In this document: piece after piece, positions 58,218 through 64,000 of the stretch
Position numbering within the stretch: position 1 is the first letter of the stretch
Layout of the letters: every line of letters starts with the position of its first letter
Origin: Alphaproteobacteria bacterium
GTDB lineage: Bacteria > Pseudomonadota > Alphaproteobacteria > CACIAM-22H2
DNA: 64,000 bases
Assembly (NCBI GenBank): GCA_017308135.1
Contig: JAFKFM010000010.1
Span: 46,296-110,295, forward strand
Reading direction: 5' to 3'
The notes under the pieces: generated by a model
Database searches by the model: none
What the model saw: the letters and a program-made list of their open reading frames with translations, nothing else
Told to the model about the DNA's origin: nothing
Program-made: the position numbers and the translations under genes

Positions 58218-59153
58218 ATGCCGTTTTCCGCCAAGCGTGTCGTTTCAATGATCGCCGCGACGGATCGAAAGGCGAGTTATCGCTCGGATAATCGGCACGG
58301 CGCCTATGTGCTGTTGCTGTTGCCCGCCGTGCTGCTGTTGCTCGGCTTTCTTGCCGTGCCGGCAGTCTATATTTTTTGGCTGAGTTTCCAGAAATCGACC
58401 TTCGGCGTCGATCCGGAATTCGTGGGCTTGGCGAATTATTGGGGACTGATCGCGGATCGCGCGTTCTGGCGCGCGTCGTGGAACACGATCGTCGTCGTTA
58501 ATGCCATCGTCTATGCCGAGCTTGCGCTGGGGCTGGGCGTCGCTGTGCTCGTGCGCGGTATCCGCAGCGGACGCAAGATCGTGATCGCCGCGATCCTGTT
58601 GCCTTACATCATCACCGAGAGCAGCGGGATCGTGATGTGGCGATTCATGATGGAGCCGGAGTTCGGCTTGCTCACACGGCTTATCGATCGCTCCGGATTG
58701 CCGCCGCTGCCCTGGGATTTCGAGCCGTGGGCCGCGCTCACATTGTCGGGCACCATTGCGATCTGGCACCACATGCCGTTCACGTTTCTGATTCTCTATG
58801 CGGCGCTGCTGGCTGTGCCGAAAGATACGCTGGAGGCCGCGTCGATCGACGGTGCCGGGCGCTGGCAGAGCTTCTGGCGCGTCGAGGTGCCGATCATCAT
58901 GCCGGCGATCCTCGTCGCAATCCTGTTTCGGTACATATTCGCCATCCGCTTGTTCGGCGAGGTTTGGCTGCTGACGCGCGGCGGTCCGGCGCGATTGACC
59001 GAAGTGCTCGCGATCTATCTGTATCGCGAGACGTTCCAGTATCGGAATTTCGGCTCCGCATCGGCCGCCGGCGTATGCATGTTGCTGTTGTCGCTGGCGG
59101 TCGCCACCCCCTATCTGATCCGCATGGCGCGCGAGGTGCGGCGCGATGCATAA
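58218..59153 (+). CDS. Sugar ABC transporter permease (CUT1, MalF-like)
   Basis: 311 aa polytopic, EAA region ASIDGAGRWQSFWRVEVPI. Confidence 0.85.
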   Translation: MPFSAKRVVSMIAATDRKASYRSDNRHGAYVLLLLPAVLLLLGFLAVPAVYIFWLSFQKSTFGVDPEFVGLANYWGLIADRAFWRASWNTIVVVNAIVYAELALGLGVAVLVRGIRSGRKIVIAAILLPYIITESSGIVMWRFMMEPEFGLLTRLIDRSGLPPLPWDFEPWAALTLSGTIAIWHHMPFTFLILYAALLAVPKDTLEAASIDGAGRWQSFWRVEVPIIMPAILVAILFRYIFAIRLFGEVWLLTRGGPARLTEVLAIYLYRETFQYRNFGSASAAGVCMLLLSLAVATPYLIRMAREVRRDA

Positions 59154-59979
59154 GCACAGTTGTATTTCGGCGTTGGCGCGTTTTGTGGCGCTGGTTGCCG
59201 TGCTCGCATGGAGCGTCGGGCCAATCGCCGTCGTGGCGCTGTCGTCGTTCAAGGAACCGAAGGATATCTTCGAGATTCCCTTCCGGCTGTTCTTCGTACC
59301 GACCTTCGACAATTACCGGATGCTCGCTCGATTCAATCCGGAGTTCTTCACCGGATTGGTGAACAGCCTTATCGTCACTGTGTTCGCCGTGCTGGCGACG
59401 TTGCTCGCATCGTTTGGCGCGGGCTACGTTTTCGCGCGGGCGAAGGCGGCGGGCTACAAAGCCTCGGCTTTATTCATGATTGTCGTGCGCATGCTGCCGC
59501 CGATCGTCGTCACCGTGCCGCTTTTCCCGGTCTTCAACCGTCTAGCGCTCAACGATACGCATCTGGTTCTGGTGCTTCTCTACGCGGCGTTTTATGTCAG
59601 CCTCGGTGCCTGGATGATGCGCTCGTTCGTCGCGCAGATCCCCATCGAGCTCGAGGAGGCGGCGGCGATCGACGGCGCAACATTGTGGCAGACGCTGCGC
59701 ATCGTGATCCTGCCGCTGTGCGCCCAAGGCCTGGTGGCGCTGACGCTTTTCGTCGTCGTCTTCGCGTGGAACGAATATGTCTTCGCGATGATCTTCACGA
59801 CGACAGAGGCACGCACGGCACCGGTTGTGATCGGTGAGATGCTGAGCACAGCCGAAGGTGTCAAGTGGGGCGCCGTCTTCGCGGCGGCGACGATCCAGCT
59901 GGTGCCCGTCGTCGTCGTCGTCCTGGCACTTCAGCGCTTCCTGATCGCCGGCCTTACTGCCGGGAGCGTCAAAAGCTGA
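59146..59979 (+). CDS. Sugar ABC transporter permease (CUT1, MalG-like)
   Basis: 277 aa, EAAAIDGATLWQTLRIVILPL. Confidence 0.85.
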   Translation: MHKHSCISALARFVALVAVLAWSVGPIAVVALSSFKEPKDIFEIPFRLFFVPTFDNYRMLARFNPEFFTGLVNSLIVTVFAVLATLLASFGAGYVFARAKAAGYKASALFMIVVRMLPPIVVTVPLFPVFNRLALNDTHLVLVLLYAAFYVSLGAWMMRSFVAQIPIELEEAAAIDGATLWQTLRIVILPLCAQGLVALTLFVVVFAWNEYVFAMIFTTTEARTAPVVIGEMLSTAEGVKWGAVFAAATIQLVPVVVVVLALQRFLIAGLTAGSVKS

Positions 59980-60067
59980 AAGTATCGACCAGTCCAAAAA
60001 CTGATCCGCTACTTGCGGAGTATTCCAAAATGTCGGCATGCGATACTCGACGTTTACTATGTCGCTA

Positions 60068-60238
60068 TTTTCCACAAAAGGCCTCAAAATGCCCCGACAA
60101 TTCGGAAATTAATATTGAAATAACTAAGTTTTATACGGTCTGGGGGACTGGGGGTCGTGGGTTCGAATCCCGCCGCTCCGACCATCACACGAGAGACGAA
60201 GAAGCCCGCCCTGGGAAACCAGCGGCGGGCTTCGGCGT
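60068..60238 (+). repeat. Dispersed element copy 4: 5' box, spacer (with CCGAcaatTCGG palindrome instead of TTCGATATTGTGGAA), tRNA-like module 60135..60184, terminator hairpin
   Basis: Module and hairpin identical to copies 2 and 3. Confidence 0.85.
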
Positions 60239-60371
60239 TGTGCTCGTCACGGACCTAGCATAATGACGCACGATAGCTAACCTAGCCTACGCGACGAAGA
60301 CGAGTATTGTTGGACGCGACGCGTTTCTCGATGATTCTGAATGTAGACACATTCGAATCAGCAGGATGGCA

Positions 60372-61250
60372 TCAGGCGGCCTTGCACGCGCGCGCGACCT
60401 GTTCGTGCGTGGCGAACCAGCAGCCGCCTTTCGCCTTCATATGGGCGATCAGTTCCTCAAGGATGAAGATCCGCGACCGGTAGCCGATCACATGCGGATG
60501 CATGGTCAGCAGGAACAATCCGCCTTCTTCCCAGGCGCGGTCGAATTCGCGCCGGAAAATATCGAGCACGGCGGGCGGCGGCGTATAGGGCCGCAAGGCC
60601 GCGAAACGGTTCATATTGAAATAAGGCGCATCGTCGCGGATCCATTCGACCGGCAGCTCGACGATGCCGGTCGGATCGCCATCTTCGATCAACTCGTAGG
60701 GATCGTCGTCGGCCATCAGCGAGGAATCGTAGAGCAAGCCCATCTCGCGCTGGATTTTCAGCGTCGCGGGCGAAAAATCCCAAGACGGCGTGCGCATGCC
60801 GACGGCGCGCTTGCCGAGCAGCTTTTCCAGCGTATCGGCCGACCGCAAATGCAGATCGCGTTCGACCGCTTCGGGCAGGTTGGAATTGAGCTCGTGAATC
60901 CAGCCATGCAGACCGATCTCGTGGCCTTCGCCGATCACGCGCTGCTGTTCCTCGGGATGCAGCAGGGCGGCGACGGCGGGCACGAAGAAGGTCGCGGGCA
61001 CGCTCGACTTCGCGAGTGTCGCAAGAATACGGGGCACGCCTTGGCGCACGCCGTATTCGCCCCACGACATGCGCCCGATCGACACGCCGCCGTCGCGCAG
61101 CTCGTTCGTTTCGTGGTCGCTATCGAAGGAGAGTGCGACGGCGCAGCGCGCCCCGCCGGGCCAAGTCTTGGGCATCAGGCGGCGTCCGGCGCGGACTTTC
61201 GCCACGCGCTTGCGCCATTCGGCTTCTTCCCATTGCCACGGTTCGGTCAT
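60372..61250 (-). CDS. Polysaccharide-deacetylase-family protein (PuuE/allantoinase-like divergent NodB fold)
   Basis: Start MTEPWQWEEAEW (cat at 61248-61250). HGWIHE and DSS motif context. The upstream 420 aa of the track ORF is read-through across the ATPase gene. Confidence 0.75.
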   Translation of the reverse strand: MTEPWQWEEAEWRKRVAKVRAGRRLMPKTWPGGARCAVALSFDSDHETNELRDGGVSIGRMSWGEYGVRQGVPRILATLAKSSVPATFFVPAVAALLHPEEQQRVIGEGHEIGLHGWIHELNSNLPEAVERDLHLRSADTLEKLLGKRAVGMRTPSWDFSPATLKIQREMGLLYDSSLMADDDPYELIEDGDPTGIVELPVEWIRDDAPYFNMNRFAALRPYTPPPAVLDIFRREFDRAWEEGGLFLLTMHPHVIGYRSRIFILEELIAHMKAKGGCWFATHEQVARACKAA

Positions 61251-62242
61251 GACGGAACTTCCTTCAGCGGGTGATGGCAGGCGACGCCGCCCTCCAAGAC
61301 GGGCGCGATGCTGCGGCATGTCGCGTCCGCATAAGGGCAGCGCGCATGGAAATGGCAGCCCGGCGGCGGATCCATGGGCGAGGGCAATTCGCCCCGGATC
61401 GGCTTGAACCCGGCGGCGTCTTCGCCATCGAGCCGTAAGGCCGGCGCGCTGTCGAGCAGCGCGCGCGTATAGGGATGGCGCGGCGCGGCGAAAATCTCGC
61501 GCGAACTTCCGATTTCGACGATGCGGCCCAAATACATGATCGCGACGCGATCGCTGACATGCCGGACCAGCGACAGATCGTGGCTGATGAAGATCATCGT
61601 CAGCCCCAATTCGCGGCGCAATTTCAGGAACAGATTGACGATCTGCGCTTGGATCGACACGTCGAGCGAGGCGACGGGTTCGTCGCAGATGATCGCGTCG
61701 GGGCGCATCGCCAATGCCCGCGCGATCGCGATGCGCTGGCGTTGCCCGCCGGAGAATTGGTGCGGATAGCGCTGGGCCGCCGATGGATCGAGCCCGACCA
61801 TCGCAAGCCAGCGCGCCACGTCGGCCGCCGCCTCGCTTTGCTTGATCAGGCCGTTGGCGACCGGTCCTTCGGCGATGATGTCGCCGATGCGCATGCGCGG
61901 GTCGAGCGAAGCGAAGGGGTCCTGGAACACCATCTGCACGCGCGTGGTGGTCTTCACGGGGCGCGCGCCGCCGCTCATCGCGGGGACGCCGTCGATCAAT
62001 GCCGCTCCTTCGCTGGGCGGCAGAATACCCGCGATCATCCGGCCGAGCGTGGATTTGCCGCAGCCGGATTCGCCGACGAGGCCCAGCACTTCGCCTTTGG
62101 CGACCGACAGCGAAATGCCGTCGACCGCATGCACCGCGCGATCGTCGCCACCGGCCCCGACCAGACGCGCGATCCGCTCGCCCAAGCTTGGCGCTTCGCG
62201 GAAGCGTTTGGCGACGGCGCGGGTTTCGATCAGCGCGTTCAT
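61247..62242 (-). CDS. Peptide/nickel-type ABC ATP-binding protein (DppF-like)
   Basis: [24 protein letters not shown], start MNALIETRAV. Confidence 0.9.
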   Translation of the reverse strand: MNALIETRAVAKRFREAPSLGERIARLVGAGGDDRAVHAVDGISLSVAKGEVLGLVGESGCGKSTLGRMIAGILPPSEGAALIDGVPAMSGGARPVKTTTRVQMVFQDPFASLDPRMRIGDIIAEGPVANGLIKQSEAAADVARWLAMVGLDPSAAQRYPHQFSGGQRQRIAIARALAMRPDAIICDEPVASLDVSIQAQIVNLFLKLRRELGLTMIFISHDLSLVRHVSDRVAIMYLGRIVEIGSSREIFAAPRHPYTRALLDSAPALRLDGEDAAGFKPIRGELPSPMDPPPGCHFHARCPYADATCRSIAPVLEGGVACHHPLKEVPS

Positions 62243-63210
62243 GCCGGCACCGCGACCAACGGATGATGGCAGCGCCAGCCGCGTTCGCCGTCGCGCTGCG
62301 TGGGCGGCGCGACCGTGCAAGCCGAATCGGCATACGCGCAGCGCGGGGCGAAGGCGCAGCCCGGCGGCAGATTGGCGAGCGAAGGCATGCTGCCCGGAAT
62401 CTGGCGCAGTTCTTGGCCGGGGGCGGCCATCGACGGCAGAGAGTCGAGCAGCCCGCGCGTATAGGGATGGCGGGGGACCCGCAGGATCGCGCCGATCGGG
62501 CCGTCTTCGACGATGCGCCCCGCATACATCACGATCAAACGGCTGGCGAGGACGGATACGGTCGCAAGATCGTGGCTAATCCAGATCAGCGCCGTGCCGA
62601 AATCGCGCGCCAGATCGCGCATCTCCGCCAGGATCTGCGCTTGGATCGACACGTCGAGCGCCGTCGTCGGCTCATCGCACACGATCAGCGACGGGCGATT
62701 GAGCAATGCGATCGCGATCGCCACGCGCTGGCGCATGCCGCCCGAAAGCTGATGCGGAAAGGCGTCGAGCCGCTTCGCGGGCTCGGGAATGCCGACGCGC
62801 GCCAACAAATCGCGCGCGCGCGCGTCGGCCGCGGCGCGGCTCACGCTTTCATGCGCGGCCAAGGCCATACGCATCTGCTCGCCGATCGACAGAACGGGAT
62901 TGAGCGCGGTCGACGGATCCTGGAACACCATGGCGATGCGCTTGCCGCGCAGCTTGCGCAACTCGCTTTGCGGCAAGCCGACGAGCTCGCGCCCTTCGAG
63001 CTTGATCGAGCCCGCGACGATGCGCCCGGGCGCATCGATCAGGCCGAGGATCGAGAATCCCGTGATCGTCTTGCCGGAGCCGGACTCGCCGACCAAGCCG
63101 ACGATCTCGCCCGCATGGACGTCGAACGACACGCCGTCCACGGCCTTGACGGCGCCGGTGGCGGCCGCGAAATGCGTCGCGAGATCGCGGATTTCCAGCA
63201 ACGCGCTCAT
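62239..63210 (-). CDS. Peptide/nickel-type ABC ATP-binding protein (DppD-like)
   Basis: GESGSGKTIT, LSGGMRQRVAIAIAL, start MSALLEIRDL (cat at 63208-63210). Confidence 0.9.
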   Translation of the reverse strand: MSALLEIRDLATHFAAATGAVKAVDGVSFDVHAGEIVGLVGESGSGKTITGFSILGLIDAPGRIVAGSIKLEGRELVGLPQSELRKLRGKRIAMVFQDPSTALNPVLSIGEQMRMALAAHESVSRAAADARARDLLARVGIPEPAKRLDAFPHQLSGGMRQRVAIAIALLNRPSLIVCDEPTTALDVSIQAQILAEMRDLARDFGTALIWISHDLATVSVLASRLIVMYAGRIVEDGPIGAILRVPRHPYTRGLLDSLPSMAAPGQELRQIPGSMPSLANLPPGCAFAPRCAYADSACTVAPPTQRDGERGWRCHHPLVAVPA

Positions 63211-64000
63211 CGCCGCAGCCTCGGGTTCAACTGGTCGCGCACTTGATCCCCGACCAGATTGATCGCGACGATCAACACGATCAGCGCGACGCCGGGGTAG
63301 ATCGAGATCCAATAGCGGCCCGAGAGCAGCACTTGGAAGCCGTTGGCGATCAGCATGCCCAGCGACGGCTCCGTCACCGGCAGGCCAAGGCCGAGGAAGG
63401 AGAGCGTGGCTTCCAGCGCGATCGAGTTCGCGACCTGCACCGTCGCGACGACGATCAGCGGCGGCAGGCAGTTGGGCAGGATGTGGCGGAACACGACGCG
63501 TGCCGACGACAATGGTGTGGACAATGCTGCAGCCACGTAATCCTTGGCGCGCTCGGCCGTTGCCGCGCCATGCGCCGTGCGCGCGAAATACGCGTATTGC
63601 GCGGTGACGAGGGCCGCGATCAATTGCCATTGGCCTTGACCCAGCAGCGCCACGAGAACGAGGGCCAGCAGGATCGCCGGGAAGGAAAGCTGCAGATCGA
63701 CGATCCGCATGATCAGGATTTCGATCTTGCCGCCCATGAAGGCGGCGAGGGCGCCCAGCGTCGCGCCCAACACGAAGGCGACGGCCCCCGCGGCGAGCCC
63801 GACCTTGAGCGAGACGCGCAACCCGTAAAGGATCGCGGAGAGCAGGTCGCGCCCTTGCGCGTCGGTGCCCAGCCAATGGGTGAAGCCCTTCGACCCGACA
63901 TAGCCGGGCGGCCGACGCGCATCCATCAACACGAGATTGGCGAGGTCGTACGGGTTTTGCGGCGCATAGAGCGGGGCGAACACGGCAAGCAGCACGATCG
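63207..64000 (-). CDS. Peptide/nickel-type ABC permease (DppC-like), N-terminus beyond window
   Basis: C-terminal 262 aa of a DppC/OppC-like permease. The frame is open to the window edge. Confidence 0.8.
   Translation of the reverse strand, partial: IVLLAVFAPLYAPQNPYDLANLVLMDARRPPGYVGSKGFTHWLGTDAQGRDLLSAILYGLRVSLKVGLAAGAVAFVLGATLGALAAFMGGKIEILIMRIVDLQLSFPAILLALVLVALLGQGQWQLIAALVTAQYAYFARTAHGAATAERAKDYVAAALSTPLSSARVVFRHILPNCLPPLIVVATVQVANSIALEATLSFLGLGLPVTEPSLGMLIANGFQVLLSGRYWISIYPGVALIVLIVAINLVGDQVRDQLNPRLRR

Noticed and set aside
18357-60238. Element copies as attL/attR of tandem integrated genomic islands
   Set aside because: No integrase, excisionase or other mobility gene lies next to any copy. 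The copies also include non-tRNA flanks (a conserved 5' box and a terminator) that are much longer than typical att cores. I keep this only as a residual hypothesis in the findings.
1-64000. CRISPR arrays, rRNA/tRNA genes, IS elements, prophage or defence-system genes
   Set aside because: I scanned both strands and found none. There are no short regularly spaced direct repeats, no full cloverleaf-compatible tRNA, no transposase or integrase, and no nuclease, helicase or defence-type ORFs. All the large ORFs are transport, catabolic or regulatory.

Overview
This is a 64-kb chromosomal segment that is GC-rich (about 65%) outside a few AT-rich intergenic islands. The repertoire suggests an alphaproteobacterium: TctA-family permease, Tat-signal family-5 solute-binding proteins, a sigma54-dependent activator (EBP), FixK/FNR-like boxes. 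The exact taxon cannot be determined from the sequence. There are no rRNA or canonical tRNA genes, no CRISPR array, and no transposase or integrase.

Most of the coding capacity is transport and catabolism:
- An operon running polyamine-type ABC transporter, class I/II aminotransferase, UbiD-family decarboxylase (5' portion, runs off the window at position 1). An N-formylglutamate-amidohydrolase-family gene and ubiX are transcribed divergently from it.
- An ion-homeostasis and stress block: DUF502, Na/Pi cotransporter family, two tandem UspA genes, CPA2 antiporter with RCK domain, P2-type ATPase, CBS-BON protein.
- A sigma54-driven operon: dppABCDF, C45 Ntn-hydrolase, a sensor-less EBP, AtuA(DUF1446), DUF4387.
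- An 11-gene operon: family-5 SBP, aldo/keto reductase, two xylose-isomerase-like TIM-barrel genes, dppBCDF-like, extradiol dioxygenase, SDR, amidohydrolase-2. A divergent GntR regulator sits upstream.
- A sugar-type locus: mannitol-dehydrogenase family, PfkB kinase, two CUT1-type ABC systems with no ATPase gene, LacI and GntR regulators, two FAD_oxidored paralogues, GMC oxidoreductase, metallophosphoesterase, 2-hydroxyacid dehydrogenase.
- A polysaccharide-deacetylase gene followed by peptide-type ABC genes at the 3' end of the window.

The most unusual feature is a four-copy, same-orientation dispersed element of about 175-185 bp. Copies are at 7933-8117, 18357-18535, 42193-42367 and 60068-60238. 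The element has four parts:
- a conserved 5' box, TTTTCCACAA(A/T)AGGCCTCAAAATGC;
- a variable AT-rich stretch;
- an invariant 50-nt tRNA-like 3' module ending in an encoded CCA, with a GTGGG-TTCGAAT-CCCGC T-arm and a CGCTCCG-A-CCA acceptor 3' strand;
- an invariant GC-rich terminator hairpin.

The copies sit exactly at the boundaries between the functional gene modules. I could not assign the element to any known RNA or mobile-element family. It is the best candidate for something undescribed: a multicopy tRNA-like small-RNA gene family or a tRNA-derived boundary element.

Other sequence-level signals:
- A canonical sigma54 -24/-12 promoter (TGGCAC-N5-TTGCG) with upstream TTGCGTGA repeats in front of the dppA-AtuA operon.
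- An FNR/FixK-type box in front of the usp genes.
- Matching LacI-type and GntR-type operator motifs in the sugar locus.
- A 5'-truncated orphan tctA next to another gene remnant.

Many long ORFs in the six-frame track are antisense shadows of the real genes, which is typical of high-GC DNA. I did not report them as genes.
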